Assembly (NCBI GenBank): GCA_028286565.1
Contig: JAQBRH010000003.1
Span: forward strand, 1-61,291
DNA from: Parcubacteria group bacterium
GTDB lineage: Bacteria > Patescibacteriota > Minisyncoccia > Phycocordibacterales > Zambryskibacteraceae
Length of the DNA: 61,291 bases
Direction of reading: 5' to 3'
Position numbers and translations under genes: made by a program. Under the pieces are notes generated by a model. It had not been told where the DNA came from and ran no database searches. It saw nothing but the letters and a program-made list of their open reading frames with translations. Of this stretch, positions 33,862 to 44,341 are shown piece after piece (position 1 is the first letter of the stretch; each line of letters begins with the position of its first letter).

Positions 33862-34462
33862 CGATGTTTTTTGCTCCGGGCCAGATTGCCGGAGGCCAGA
33901 ATCGCACGATCGGACGGCCGATGATGTTTGCCGAAGGGACCGGACCCCAGAGTCGAGAGTCGGCGGATCCGGCGCGGTTGTCTCCCATGACGAAGTATTC
34001 GCTCGGTCCGAGGGCGAGCGTCGAAGAATCGGATTTGGTGAACTGGATGTACGGCTCGTTCAAGACGAATCCCTGCGGGTTCGCCGGATTTTTGATCGTG
34101 ACCGCGCCGCTCTTGATCTCGACCGTCTCGCCTGGGAGGCCGATCACCCGCTTGATGAAATATTTTGAAGGATCCTTGGGATATTTGAAGATGAGGACCG
34201 ATCCGCGGGCAGGAGTGGTGAAGTGATACGTGAGCTCGTCGACGATCAGGTACTCGCCGGTGTGAAATGTGGGGTCCATCGATGCGCCGTCGACGATGAA
34301 CGGCTGAGCCACGAACATCCTGAACGGAACGACGACGAAGACCGCGAGGAGGAGGAGCTTGCCGAGCTCGACAGCGAACGAAGTATGTTTCTCTTTTGGA
34401 AGAGCGGGAGGAACATGCGGAGAAGCGATCGGAGTTGGAGTGTCTTCGTGCATAATTTTCAT
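33845..34462 (-). CDS. lepB: signal peptidase I
   Basis: GASMDPTF, RVIGLPGE and GDNRAGSADSR boxes. Confidence 0.9.
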   Translation of the reverse strand: MKIMHEDTPTPIASPHVPPALPKEKHTSFAVELGKLLLLAVFVVVPFRMFVAQPFIVDGASMDPTFHTGEYLIVDELTYHFTTPARGSVLIFKYPKDPSKYFIKRVIGLPGETVEIKSGAVTIKNPANPQGFVLNEPYIQFTKSDSSTLALGPSEYFVMGDNRAGSADSRLWGPVPSANIIGRPIVRFWPPAIWPGAKNIDVQTN

Positions 34463-34501
34463 TGCATTGTATTATCTAAGTTCATTTGACACAATAGGCG
34501 C

Positions 34502-35029
34502 ATGTATATCGTCGTAGGTTTAGGCAACCCGGGAGAAGAATACGCACACACTCGGCACAATACGGGAAGGCTTTTGCTCGCGGAGCTTGCAAAAAAAGAC
34601 ATCCAAGGAGTGAAGCTCGTACACCTTGATACCTTCATGAACAAGTCGGGAAGCGGAGTAGCAAAAGCTGTGAAGTCGAAGAAAGCAGCTGAAAAACTTG
34701 TGGTTGTCTACGACGATCTTGATCTGCCACTGGGCGTCATGAAAGTCTCGTTCGATCGGGGATCCGGCGGACACAAGGGGATCGAATCCATCGTCCGGGC
34801 TCTTGGCACGGGCGCGTTCATCCGCATCCGGATCGGCATCAGCCCGACCACTCCGGGCGGGAAGATCAAAAAACCAAAAGGCGACGCAGCGGTCGAGAAG
34901 TTCATCCTCGGCGAATTCAAAAAATCCGAACTTGAGATAGTAAAAAAGGTATTCAAACGCGCAGAGACTGCGGTCGAATACCTTGCATCAGACGGACTCC
35001 AGAAAGCGATGACCGAGTGCAACGGGTAG
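34502..35029 (+). CDS. pth: peptidyl-tRNA hydrolase
   Basis: VGLGNPGEEYAHTRHNTG and GGHKGIESI. Confidence 0.93.
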   Translation: MYIVVGLGNPGEEYAHTRHNTGRLLLAELAKKDIQGVKLVHLDTFMNKSGSGVAKAVKSKKAAEKLVVVYDDLDLPLGVMKVSFDRGSGGHKGIESIVRALGTGAFIRIRIGISPTTPGGKIKKPKGDAAVEKFILGEFKKSELEIVKKVFKRAETAVEYLASDGLQKAMTECNG

Positions 35030-35031
35030 GT

Positions 35032-35496
35032 CTAGGACTCGGCTTCCTTTGAAGTTTCTACAAAGGAGAGCTTGAGTCGATATGCGTAGTCCGCGATCGT
35101 GGCAGCGGCTTCCACGTGGGGGATCTCGTGTTGCTCGAGCCACTGGTAGCGACGAAATGTGTAAGCGAAGTTTCGCTCAACTCCATCCAGGAAATGCCAG
35201 TCCTGATCCCGGCCACCGCCCAGCTCGAACTTGAAGAAGGTGCCGATGAAACCCGTCAGCATTTCTTCGACATTCAGGAACTCCTCCACGGTGATCCCGT
35301 CGTTCTTGAGCAGAAAGCTGAAAACCTCAGTTGCTCTATGAATTCGTTCGGGGTCGATGGACTCCACGCCAGTTCGATGAAGGTATTCGAACCAGCGTAC
35401 AAACAGTTCTTCTTCCCGACGCTTCCGGTGGTAGATAGGGTCCTGAGCGGCGATCATCCTGGACTCGTTCGCGAGCAGATCGAGATCTTGTGACAT
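35032..35496 (-). CDS. hypothetical protein (154 aa, orphan)
   Basis: Start moved to MSQDLDLL, which has GGAGA upstream. No motif recognised. Confidence 0.5.
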   Translation of the reverse strand: MSQDLDLLANESRMIAAQDPIYHRKRREEELFVRWFEYLHRTGVESIDPERIHRATEVFSFLLKNDGITVEEFLNVEEMLTGFIGTFFKFELGGGRDQDWHFLDGVERNFAYTFRRYQWLEQHEIPHVEAAATIADYAYRLKLSFVETSKEAES

Positions 35497-35591
35497 TCGG
35501 GTCTCCGGTCTTGGGTGAGCACTTCTGGCCTTCACCCTACGCTTTTCATATAAAAATTTCAATAAAGAAAAATTCCCGCAGTGAAGGGGAA

Positions 35592-36101
35592 TTAGAGAAC
35601 GTAGCCGGTCTCGGTGACACAGTCCGCGTACGATACCCGGCGAAAGAAGGCGCGGATGGCTCGGGGAAGCGCTTCGTGGAGCGCCGCGAGCTTCTCATCG
35701 GTCATCAAGCCGTGAAGCTCGAGCAGGAGCGCCAGGTTCTCCTGGGCGGTCGTTGGATCAGGATAGGCGGCGAACTGCGGGTTTTGATCGGACCCATGAT
35801 GCTCTGCGAGGATCTTTTGCGCCACCAGGGTCTCGAGGGCTTCGGTGATGGCCGGATATGTTCGGTCCTCGCCGCATTCGAACCCCAGTCCTCGAATATG
35901 CGCCAAGGCGAGGTCTTCGAGAAAGAAGGGGAAGACGCGGTGGAGGTATTTCTCCGGGAAGATCAGAGGCTGATCCTGATCGGAAGAATCCGCGAGCCAT
36001 CGCCTGCCCACTTCGATCCCCGCAAGCACGAAGCGGAAAACAAGTTCGCGCTGAGGGTGGAGGTCGATGGACGGTAGTACTGAAACTATGGTCGGGCGCA
36101 T
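35592..36101 (-). CDS. hypothetical protein (169 aa, orphan)
   Basis: GGAGG lies 5 nt upstream of the ATG. Its own terminator (attcccc/ggggaat plus T-run) follows the stop. Confidence 0.5.
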   Translation of the reverse strand: MRPTIVSVLPSIDLHPQRELVFRFVLAGIEVGRRWLADSSDQDQPLIFPEKYLHRVFPFFLEDLALAHIRGLGFECGEDRTYPAITEALETLVAQKILAEHHGSDQNPQFAAYPDPTTAQENLALLLELHGLMTDEKLAALHEALPRAIRAFFRRVSYADCVTETGYVL

Positions 36102-36200
36102 GAAGCCTCCATGAATGAGCGGTATGTCTCTGAGTACATTACTCCTCCTGCATTTTTTTTCAAACCCTTCGGTAGGCTCAGGATAAATAAAAAGCGACCA

Positions 36201-36662
36201 TTATGCGGTCGCGGGGGTTCCTTTGTCTCTCACTGCAGTGTAGAAAGCCGTGATAGCAGAGTCCAGGTCCTTTTCAGAGAACCCTACCGCAACCCCGCTC
36301 GCGAGTTTCAGGCAGTCTTGCATGATCTCTGTGCGATCGAACTCGCGAAGATGCATAAAGTGCCACGAAAGGTTTTTCCCGTCTGAGTGCTCGGTGAACG
36401 CTCTCTCGTAGAGAGTGACCGCCGGACAATCCTTGGTCTCTTCGTCGTACGAGTAGAGCTTGCAGTGACCAAGCCCTAGCGTCTCGGCAAAGACCGGAAG
36501 ATGCTTGTGTGTGTCCTTTACTGAAAGCCAGCGGGTGCGGTCGGCTCGGTCTACCATGTCGAGATAGACCAAAGAATGCAGGAGGCGTACTAGGTTGATC
36601 GCCCGCTGCTCATCGTTCGTCGCATCGAGGACAAAATTTACGCCGGTTGATCGAATGGACAT
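36201..36662 (-). CDS. hypothetical protein (153 aa, orphan)
   Basis: Start moved to MSIRSTG, which has CAGGAG upstream. Its own terminator gcgacc.../...ggtcgc plus T-run overlaps the stop. Confidence 0.5.
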   Translation of the reverse strand: MSIRSTGVNFVLDATNDEQRAINLVRLLHSLVYLDMVDRADRTRWLSVKDTHKHLPVFAETLGLGHCKLYSYDEETKDCPAVTLYERAFTEHSDGKNLSWHFMHLREFDRTEIMQDCLKLASGVAVGFSEKDLDSAITAFYTAVRDKGTPATA

Positions 36663-36723
36663 TGCGCACTCCTGTTTGGAAGGATCTGAGTTCACCTTAC
36701 TCTTCTTCAAAATTTTTTCAAAC

Positions 36724-36749
36724 AAAAACCCCGCGAAAGCGGGGTTTTT
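36724..36749. terminator. bidirectional terminator after rpsA
   Basis: aaaaa-ccccgc-gaaa-gcgggg-ttttt. Confidence 0.7.
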
Positions 36750-36799
36750 GCCACCCTCTCCTTGCCTAGGAGAGGGTCGAGACGCAGTCCGGGGTGAGG

Positions 36800-37909
36800 T
36801 TATTTCTTCTCGACGTAGGAGAGAGCCATTTTCTGTTCTTTCGGATCGAAGAGAGTGATCTTGAAGGAATAGGTCTTGCCCATCTCCAACTTCTCGCGGA
36901 GCTTGTCTTCGCCGCCAAATTCAGAAACATGAACGAGTCCAGCCACACCTTCCTCGATCGAAGCAAGGGCGCCGTGCTTGTTGAATTTGATGATAACACC
37001 TTCGACCACGTCGTCCTTTTTGTATTTCTTCTCGGCGCCCTTCCAAGGATTTTCCTTGAGAGCCTTGATAGAGAGGGAGATCTTGTCGTCCTTGATCTCG
37101 ATGATCTTGACTCGGACCTTCTCGCCGATCTTGAACATGGTCTTTGGATTCTCGACGAGGCCCCAGTCGATCTCGGAGATGTGGACCAAGCCTTCGAGGC
37201 CTTCTTCGAGCTTCACGAACACTCCGAAGTCGACGAGCCCGGTCACTTCGCCCGTGAGTTCGTCGCCGAGGGCGTATTTCTGGATGATGTTCTCTTTGTT
37301 CTTGGCCTCAGGAGACTTCTCGGAGAAGATCAGCTTGCCTTCCTTTGGATTGGCGCCGATGATCTGGACCGAAAGCTTCACTCCGACGAGCTTCTTCAAC
37401 TCTTCGAGAATTCTGTCCTTGTCTCCGTCAGTAACGCGAGGGTAGTGTTCAGGCTTGAGCTGAGACGCCGGGAGGAATCCGCTGATCCCTTGCCAGTTGA
37501 TGATAAGTCCGCCCTTGTTCGCATCGGTGATAGGGAGTTCGTAGACGCGCTTCTCATTGATCGCTTCTTCGGCTTCGGACCAAATGAGGGCCTGGCGAGC
37601 CTCCTTCAAGGAGATCTCGATGTAGCCGTCCTTGCCTCCGATGTGCACGACCTTTCCCGCGACGGTGTCGCCCGGGTTAATTTTCTTGATGATGTCTCGG
37701 GCGTTGATGAACTCTCGGCCGAAGATGATGCCGGTTCCGAACGGATGGAGGTCGATGTAGACCGCCCCCTTGTCTATGGATATGACCGGTCCTTCGACGA
37801 CGTCGTCCTCTGATGGAGGGGTAGGGGTCGTCTCGACGAGCTGGCCCATCAGGGAGGTGTCGACGACAGGCTCCTTCTTCACTTTCTCTTTCTTTTCTTT
37901 TGTGGGCAT
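36800..37909 (-). CDS. rpsA: 30S ribosomal protein S1 (four S1 domains)
   Basis: Repeated S1/OB pattern (G..V.G.V..I...G..V.L). Start moved to MPTKEKKEK. Confidence 0.85.
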   Translation of the reverse strand: MPTKEKKEKVKKEPVVDTSLMGQLVETTPTPPSEDDVVEGPVISIDKGAVYIDLHPFGTGIIFGREFINARDIIKKINPGDTVAGKVVHIGGKDGYIEISLKEARQALIWSEAEEAINEKRVYELPITDANKGGLIINWQGISGFLPASQLKPEHYPRVTDGDKDRILEELKKLVGVKLSVQIIGANPKEGKLIFSEKSPEAKNKENIIQKYALGDELTGEVTGLVDFGVFVKLEEGLEGLVHISEIDWGLVENPKTMFKIGEKVRVKIIEIKDDKISLSIKALKENPWKGAEKKYKKDDVVEGVIIKFNKHGALASIEEGVAGLVHVSEFGGEDKLREKLEMGKTYSFKITLFDPKEQKMALSYVEKK

Positions 37910-38091
37910 TTTTAAAGCTCTTCTCGGTCCGGGGCTTGATGAGTGGTTGCCAGAAGCCCGCGGGGATAACAAGAAGAGGAACTGCTAAAAGATGCGTCTA
38001 TACCGTACCAGAAATATATACAAATGCAAAGGCCCCGATGTGTCGGGGCCGATGCAGTACTAGCGTGAAGCCGTACTGCGAAGCGAGGAGA

Positions 38092-38571
38092 TCAGGTGAC
38101 GTGCGCGCCGGCGATGCTGTGGATCGCGAGGCGGATCTCGGTGGTGTAGCCGGCTCGATCACACGGCGTGAGCGGAATGAACCGCGCGACGAGGGGCTGC
38201 TCTGCAGTGATCCGTTGTGCGAGCGCGAGTACGGGGCTGTTCATCCGTGTCGCGCAAGGTGACCGCGGCGTCGTGGGGGAAGCGGCTGCTTCCGTCGTTG
38301 CCTGCGGCGAGGCGGTGCCTGTGCCGAACTTGGCGCCCTGCTCGATGCGCGTCTGGTCGACCATCTTGCCGCGCGCGGCTCGCATGAAGGCGAGGCTGAT
38401 GCTCGGCGTCGGTGATGCCTGTACCACATAGACGACGTCGAGGGCCGGCGCGGGGCCGAGCGTTAGGTCGGACGTGGCCAATGGCTCCTGAGCGGATGCT
38501 GCGGAAGCGGGAGGAGCGGCGGCGCACATGAGCGCAAAAGCGGTGAGGACTGCGGTTCGAACGGGTCGCAT
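38092..38571 (-). CDS. secreted hypothetical protein in a GC-rich islet
   Basis: Signal peptide MRPVRTAVLTAFALMCAAAPPASAASAQEP, GGAGA RBS and the terminator ggccccg.../...cggggcc on the minus strand. Confidence 0.5.
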   Translation of the reverse strand: MRPVRTAVLTAFALMCAAAPPASAASAQEPLATSDLTLGPAPALDVVYVVQASPTPSISLAFMRAARGKMVDQTRIEQGAKFGTGTASPQATTEAAASPTTPRSPCATRMNSPVLALAQRITAEQPLVARFIPLTPCDRAGYTTEIRLAIHSIAGAHVT

Positions 38572-39206
38572 GGTCTGTCTCCTCTGGAAGGTGCACTGCG
38601 GGAGTTAGGAGTCCTCTCTACATCAAAGTAAATGTAGAAAATAATAAATTCCTTGTCAAGTCAAGGTGTGCACAAGAAAGGTATAAAAGAAGAGGCCCGA
38701 CTGCGTGATGCAGTCGGGCCAGTGCCGCGAGGGACGCCGCGGCGGGCGAAAAGGAAGAAGATGATCTCTTGGCGAAAGGTTCCGGGCAGTCGCGCCGCCC
38801 TTCCTTGGAAGGGCGGTTGGCGCGGCGGCCGAAGTAATACGCAGTCCAATCTTGGATCAGCTCGGGGCTTGGCCTAGGGCCCGCCCCGAAGGCGTCCATC
38901 GGAGATCGAACTGGAGGCAGGGGCCTCGGTTCCCATCGTGGTTAGTTGGCGAGCCCGGACAGTTGTTCCTAGGGAACCTTTTTCCGGGTAATAACGCTAC
39001 TCCTCCTTGCGCCGCGAGGCATCTCTTCAGATGAATTGTGATCAGGGGGCCGAATGCCCCGCTGATCTCTCATTGAAAGAACGAGTCCACATCATAGCAT
39101 ATACAAAAATATTGTCAAGCATATCAGCAATTTCTCGGTGTGGGTAGCGAAAAATATACCTATGTATAGCCATATTGTGATAATAAAAAGCCCCACATGT
39201 GTGGGG

Positions 39207-39593
39207 TTAAATGGATCTTGTGCCGGGAATGAATAACCGGCAGCTCGGCGAGCGTTTCCAATCGAAGAAATACCTCTTCTTCGATATGGTGTCGATGCGG
39301 ACCCAGATCTTGTAGATGCTTCCGGCCTCGAGCTCTGGGGGTAGTACGCTCCATAGCTCAGCAGGATTCCTTTCCTTGAACGAGACTCTGTACAAGGCCG
39401 GAATGGAGTCCGTCGTCCGCTTAATTGCGGTAACCGTGCCGCAGATGGGCTGCGAAACAGTTTCCGCTTTGGCAGGTCGGGTAAGCCAGAGCATGGCCGC
39501 TATTCCGAGGAATATGGTCACGAACCATGCGATCATTTTCCTCTTGTTCGCGTCGGGCATTTCAGGATATGGAGTCTCCTGTTTTTCTTTCAT
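39207..39593 (-). CDS. membrane-anchored hypothetical protein
   Basis: 128 aa with an N-terminal TM segment. The terminator ccccaca-catg-tgtgggg follows. Confidence 0.5.
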   Translation of the reverse strand: MKEKQETPYPEMPDANKRKMIAWFVTIFLGIAAMLWLTRPAKAETVSQPICGTVTAIKRTTDSIPALYRVSFKERNPAELWSVLPPELEAGSIYKIWVRIDTISKKRYFFDWKRSPSCRLFIPGTRSI

Positions 39594-39694
39594 TCAAACC
39601 TCCCATTGAAGACAAAGAGCATGCCTTACACAGTTGAGCATACAAATACCCCTTAACTCAAACAAAAAAGTGGATAAGAAAAAGAAATCGAAGT

Positions 39695-39868
39695 TTATCC
39701 GATCTCTTGAGGCTCGGCGCGCTCTCTTTTCAGCTGGGGCCGCGAAGGGGATGAGCTGAGATAGGACAGAGCCATAATGAAGAGAACGAGCGCAATCACT
39801 ATCAACAACAGTCCGACACCGGCGCCTTTGTCCGAAGGCGATCCGGAAGGTATGGATCTTTTAGTCAC
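39695..39868 (-). CDS. possible 57-aa single-TM protein (GTG start, below the ORF-track cutoff)
   Basis: My own translation is VTKRSIPSGSPSDKGAGVGLLLIVIALVLFIMALSYLSSSPSRPQLKRERAEPQEIG*. GGGAGA lies upstream. Confidence 0.25.
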   Translation of the reverse strand: MTKRSIPSGSPSDKGAGVGLLLIVIALVLFIMALSYLSSSPSRPQLKRERAEPQEIG

Positions 39869-39992
39869 GAGTCTTTCTCCCAGAGAGAGTCTAATAAAAA
39901 GATATCACATTTTATGATAATGTCAAATTACGCGTATGTGGAAGCTCTTAAAATCATGGATTTGGCGGGGTAGATGTGTTAAAATAAGGAAT

Positions 39993-40583
39993 ATGGTCAT
40001 CACCTACCAAGGCCTCGAATCGTTCCGGATCACCCAAGGCGACCTCGCCATGGCGCTTAATCCGGCTTCCTCTCGAGCCGGAGCGGACATCACCCTTATC
40101 AGCTCAAGCGCCTTTGCCACAGACGGCAAGGGGTTCGTCATCAACGGCCCGGGCGAGTATGAGGTCAAAGATGTCGGCATCAAAGGATTCCTCTCGGAGT
40201 CGAACTACTCTTCCGATTCAGGACAAGCTGAAAAGAGATACAACACGGTTTACCAGATCAATCTCGAAGGCATGAACCTCTGCTTCCTCGGGGCTCTTTC
40301 GAATGCCGAACTCTCCTCTGAGGCCAAGGAGGCGATCGAGGATGTCGACGTGCTCTTTGTGCCGATCGGCGGGGACGGAGTGCTCGACCCTGCGGCCGCC
40401 TACAAGCTGGCGGTGTCTTTAGAACCGGCGATCATCATCCCCATGCACTATACGGAGAAGACCCTTGCGCAGTTTTTAAAGGAAGGCGGAGAAGAAAAGA
40501 ACGCCCCGGCGGATAAGCTTGTCCTTAAAAAGAAGGACCTCGAAGGCAAAGAAGGGGAGATAGTCGTCCTTAAAGAAGAATAA
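39993..40583 (+). CDS. MBL-fold (UPF0173-like) hydrolase homolog
   Basis: Starts MVITYQGLESFRI. The overall pattern resembles short metallo-beta-lactamase-fold proteins, but the HxHxDH box is not evident. Confidence 0.45.
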   Translation: MVITYQGLESFRITQGDLAMALNPASSRAGADITLISSSAFATDGKGFVINGPGEYEVKDVGIKGFLSESNYSSDSGQAEKRYNTVYQINLEGMNLCFLGALSNAELSSEAKEAIEDVDVLFVPIGGDGVLDPAAAYKLAVSLEPAIIIPMHYTEKTLAQFLKEGGEEKNAPADKLVLKKKDLEGKEGEIVVLKEE

Positions 40584-40603
40584 TTCTAATTCATCATACA
40601 AAC

Positions 40604-40957
40604 ATGAGACACTATCTCGCCACAGTCCATACGCGATCCCACTCTCACAAAAAGCGCTTCGCCTTTCTTATCTCCGGAGGCATCACGCTTTCCATATTCA
40701 TGATCTGGTCATTGTTTACATTTTCTTCATTCGGAAATGATGCGACCCTTGCAGAAAACGCCGCGCCGATAGAAAATACTGGTCCAAGCCCTTTTGAAAG
40801 TCTTCAAGGAGGAGTGGCAGCTTCGGTCGCCTCCCTAAAGGATCAATTCAATGCGGTGAAGGGGAACGTCAAGGCGGTCAACCTCCAGTCCGAATACGAA
40901 CGGATGCGCACTGACGCCTTAAATTCAAATTCCGGCACGAGCACGTATGGCAACTAA
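40604..40957 (+). CDS. membrane-anchored hypothetical protein
   Basis: 117 aa with one TM segment. Overlaps the gyrA start by 11 nt. Confidence 0.45.
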   Translation: MRHYLATVHTRSHSHKKRFAFLISGGITLSIFMIWSLFTFSSFGNDATLAENAAPIENTGPSPFESLQGGVAASVASLKDQFNAVKGNVKAVNLQSEYERMRTDALNSNSGTSTYGN

Positions 40958-43397
40958 CGAAGAACACACACCAAAGCACGACACCGTCGTCCCGCGCTCG
41001 ATCGTCACAGAGATGAAAGAGTCGTTCATCGACTATGCCATGTCGGTCATCACTGACCGCGCTCTTCCTGATGTCCGCGACGGTTTGAAGCCGGTGCATC
41101 GACGCATCCTCTTCTCGATGAACGAGAAGGGTCTCACTTCGAGCGCAAAGTCCAGGAAATCCGCGACGGTGGTCGGAGACGTGCTCGGTTCGTATCATCC
41201 GCACGGAGACGCTTCTGTCTATGATGCGATGGTCAAGCTCGCTCAGGATTTCTCCACGCGCTACCCGCTCATCATCGGACAGGGAAACTTCGGTTCGATC
41301 GACGGAGACGGAGCGGCCGCCTATCGATACACCGAGGCCAAGATGAGCAAAGTGGCTTCGGAACTTTTAAATGATATAGACAAGGACACCGTCGACTTTA
41401 AGGCAAACTACGACGGCACGAAGAAGGAGCCGGTCGTCCTCCCGGCCGCCCTTCCGAATCTCCTCTTGAACGGGACCTTGGGCATCGCCGTCGGTATGGC
41501 CACGAACATTCCTCCGCACAACCTCGGAGAAGTGGTGGATGCGACCATCGCCCTTATCGAGAACCCTGAAGCGGCGACCGAAGATCTCCTCGAACATGTG
41601 AAGGGCCCCGACTTCCCGACGGGAGGCATTATCTTTAATCAAAAGGATATCCATCATGCCTATGCGACCGGGCGCGGAGGCATCGTCGCGCGAGGCGTAG
41701 CGGAGATCACCGAGAACAAGGCGGGGAACTTCCAGATCATCGTTACGGAGATCCCGTATCGCGTGAACAAGTCCGCTCTCATCGAAAAGATCGCTGACCT
41801 CGTTCGAGAAAAGAAGCTCGACGGCATCAAAGGCCTTCGCGATGAATCGACCAAAGACATCCGCATCGTCCTCGATCTCAAGTCCGGCTCTCAGCCGCAG
41901 AAAATTTTAAACAGCCTCTACAAATATACGCAGCTCGAAGATACCTTCCATGTGAACCTCGTGGCTCTCGTCGACGGAGTGCCGCAGACGCTTTCTTTGA
42001 AGTCGATGCTCCAGGAATTTATCAAGCATCGCCAAGTGGTGGTGAAGCGGCGGGCGGAATTCGAATTGAAGAAGGCTCTGGCCCGCGAGCATATCCTCCT
42101 CGGACTTTCGAAAGCCCTCGACCATATCGAAGAGGTGATCAAGATCATCCGCGCCTCGAAGGCCGTCGAAGACGCAAAGCTTAACTTGATGAAGCGCTTC
42201 AAGTTCTCGGACCTCCAGGCCGATGCCATCCTCGAAATGCGCCTCCAAAAGCTCGCGGGTCTTGAGAGAAAGAAGATCGAAGACGAGCTCAAGGAAGTGC
42301 AGGAGTTCATCAAATTCCTGGAAGATCTCCTCGCCTCGCCGAAGAAGATGCTCGCCGTGGTCAAAACCGAACTCATGGCCGCTCGGGATAAATACGGAGA
42401 TGCTCGCCGCACCAAAGTGGTGAAGGGTGGAGCAAAGATCCTCTCGGTCGAAGACATGATCGCCGAAGAAGACAACGCCCTCGTCTTGACCTCGGGCGGA
42501 TACATCAAGCGCACGAACCCAGACGAATATAAGCGCCAGAAGCGCGGCGGCGTCGGCGTGGTCGACCTCGACACCAAGGAAGAGGATTTTGTCACGCATC
42601 TCTTGGTCGCCTCCACGCACTCGGACCTCCTTTTCTTTACGGACAAGGGCAAAGCCTACAAGATCAAGATGTACGATATCCCCGAAGGCAAGCGCGCCAC
42701 TCGAGGCAAGTCGATCATGAACTTCATCTCGCTCTCCGACGATGAGAAGATCACCTCGATCCTCCCTATGTCCAAAGAATCCAAAGAGATCCAGGGTTCG
42801 ATCCTCATGGTGACATCCGACGGAACTGCGAAAAAGGTGGATGCCAAGTCGTTCCACGATGTTCGTTCATCAGGCATCATCGCCATCAAGCTCGCGCCCG
42901 GAGACAAACTCGTCTCCGTCTCTCTCGTCTGCACCGGAGATGATGCGACGATCGTCACGCGAGACGGCCAGTCCATCCGCTTTAAGGAATCGGATATTCG
43001 TGAAATGGGGCGCGGAGCAGCCGGCGTCCGAGGCATCAAGCTCGGCAAAGGAGATACGGTCATCGGCGCTCACGAGATCAAGAAAGCCTGGAAGACCGCG
43101 CACCTCCTCGTCATCTCGGCAAACGGCTACGGCAAGCGCACCGAACTTTCTGAATACAAAGTGCAAGGCCGCGGCGGATCGGGCATCCTCACCTCCAAGG
43201 TCACCGACAAGACCGGGCACGTCATGGCTTCTCAGATCGTCACCGAAGAAGAAGAGGAAGTGGTCGCTATCTCAAAGAAAAGCCAAGTGGTCCGCGTCGA
43301 CATCAAGGAGATCCCGGTCCTCGGCCGCCAGACCCAAGGCGTTCGCATCATGAAGCTCCGAGAAGGAGACTCCCTCGCTTCCCTTATCTGCCTCTAG
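40947..43397 (+). CDS. gyrA: DNA gyrase subunit A
   Basis: [17 protein letters not shown], the active-site AAYRYTEAK region and C-terminal beta-pinwheel repeats. Confidence 0.95.
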   Translation: MATNEEHTPKHDTVVPRSIVTEMKESFIDYAMSVITDRALPDVRDGLKPVHRRILFSMNEKGLTSSAKSRKSATVVGDVLGSYHPHGDASVYDAMVKLAQDFSTRYPLIIGQGNFGSIDGDGAAAYRYTEAKMSKVASELLNDIDKDTVDFKANYDGTKKEPVVLPAALPNLLLNGTLGIAVGMATNIPPHNLGEVVDATIALIENPEAATEDLLEHVKGPDFPTGGIIFNQKDIHHAYATGRGGIVARGVAEITENKAGNFQIIVTEIPYRVNKSALIEKIADLVREKKLDGIKGLRDESTKDIRIVLDLKSGSQPQKILNSLYKYTQLEDTFHVNLVALVDGVPQTLSLKSMLQEFIKHRQVVVKRRAEFELKKALAREHILLGLSKALDHIEEVIKIIRASKAVEDAKLNLMKRFKFSDLQADAILEMRLQKLAGLERKKIEDELKEVQEFIKFLEDLLASPKKMLAVVKTELMAARDKYGDARRTKVVKGGAKILSVEDMIAEEDNALVLTSGGYIKRTNPDEYKRQKRGGVGVVDLDTKEEDFVTHLLVASTHSDLLFFTDKGKAYKIKMYDIPEGKRATRGKSIMNFISLSDDEKITSILPMSKESKEIQGSILMVTSDGTAKKVDAKSFHDVRSSGIIAIKLAPGDKLVSVSLVCTGDDATIVTRDGQSIRFKESDIREMGRGAAGVRGIKLGKGDTVIGAHEIKKAWKTAHLLVISANGYGKRTELSEYKVQGRGGSGILTSKVTDKTGHVMASQIVTEEEEEVVAISKKSQVVRVDIKEIPVLGRQTQGVRIMKLREGDSLASLICL

Positions 43398-43449
43398 TCC
43401 AAGGACCCGCCTTGGACTGGGGATAACTTTTAATAAAAAGGCCCGCCCA

Positions 43450-44217
43450 CTATACAAGTGAGAGGGTCTGGCGCGCCAGAGTCTGCGCGATGGCTGCGTG
43501 GAGATTTTTGCGGAGGATGGTGACGAGGGTGAAGCGCGAGAAGAGCTGCTGCCCGTCGATCGAGAACCCGACATGCAAGGGGTACACACCCTTGGCCCAG
43601 CCTGACGGGCTGAAGCCGAGCGTCCGAAGCATCGGAGAGAACGAGCTGTCTTCTCCGAACATCTCGTTTAGCGTCGTGCGTCCGATCCTGATCGCGCCCT
43701 CGTCGCCTCTGCCGATCATTCGGCACGGCTGGACTCCCAGATGTGTTCCGAGCTTATCGATGATCCGCAGATCGAAGAGGTATGAGGTCTCTACGTTCGC
43801 CGCCCAGTACTCGTTGCGTTCCGAGTCCAGTTTCAATCCGCGCAAAAGCGAGATCATGTGAGTGTTCGGACCGATGCCGCGCGGACGCGGGTCGTCCTTT
43901 CGCAGCCTGCTGGACGCTTTCCAAGGCAGGAGAGCATACAGCGTGTGATCAAAGGGGACCGGAAAGTCCTCTTTGTATCCTTCGATCTGTTTGGTGCGTA
44001 GTTCGAACGAATTCAGGTCTCCTCGAGATTTGACCTCGATCCGGGCGTTGATCTCTTCGGAGAAGATATCGGCGAGCTCGGGCCGTCCGTGCGGAGTGAT
44101 CTGGCACCCGAGGGCCTGGGCCATCAGATGCTCATAGATCCGTCCGGCTTTGCCTTGTGTATCTTTCCGGCGCGAACGCCGGTAGTTGTACCGTGCGTTC
44201 GATCGCATAATCCCCAT
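43450..44217 (-). CDS. hypothetical protein with a PD-(D/E)xK-like nuclease motif
   Basis: ELADIF-x10-IEVKS, preceded by a helix with a conserved Glu (IYEHLMAQAL). The rest is unrecognised. Confidence 0.4.
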   Translation of the reverse strand: MGIMRSNARYNYRRSRRKDTQGKAGRIYEHLMAQALGCQITPHGRPELADIFSEEINARIEVKSRGDLNSFELRTKQIEGYKEDFPVPFDHTLYALLPWKASSRLRKDDPRPRGIGPNTHMISLLRGLKLDSERNEYWAANVETSYLFDLRIIDKLGTHLGVQPCRMIGRGDEGAIRIGRTTLNEMFGEDSSFSPMLRTLGFSPSGWAKGVYPLHVGFSIDGQQLFSRFTLVTILRKNLHAAIAQTLARQTLSLV

Positions 44218-44341
44218 TGTAAAGGTTCGTGGTTCTATAAGGATTATAGATTCATGACGAGTGAGTGCCTAGTAGACAAAGCTTCTCTACAACATATAAT
44301 CACCTCAGACTAGGCTTTGAACCTTATACATAGAGGATCCA

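Noticed and set aside
36794-37813. 339-aa plus-strand ORF
   Set aside because: It is antisense to rpsA. It is Asp/Leu/Glu-rich with no motifs. The S1 repeats on the minus strand are unambiguous.
38895-38965. gatcgaact string resembling a minus-strand tRNA T loop in the GC-rich insert
   Set aside because: The flanking bases cannot form a 5-bp T stem or a 7-bp acceptor stem. It is not a tRNA.
38600-39075. SRP RNA, tmRNA or riboswitch in the hairpin-rich non-coding stretch
   Set aside because: I could not find the SRP domain IV motif, a tRNA-like tmRNA end with a tag ORF, or TPP/SAM-type consensus strings. It is left as unassigned.
41907-42857. 316-aa minus-strand ORF (and 41918..42652)
   Set aside because: It is antisense to gyrA.
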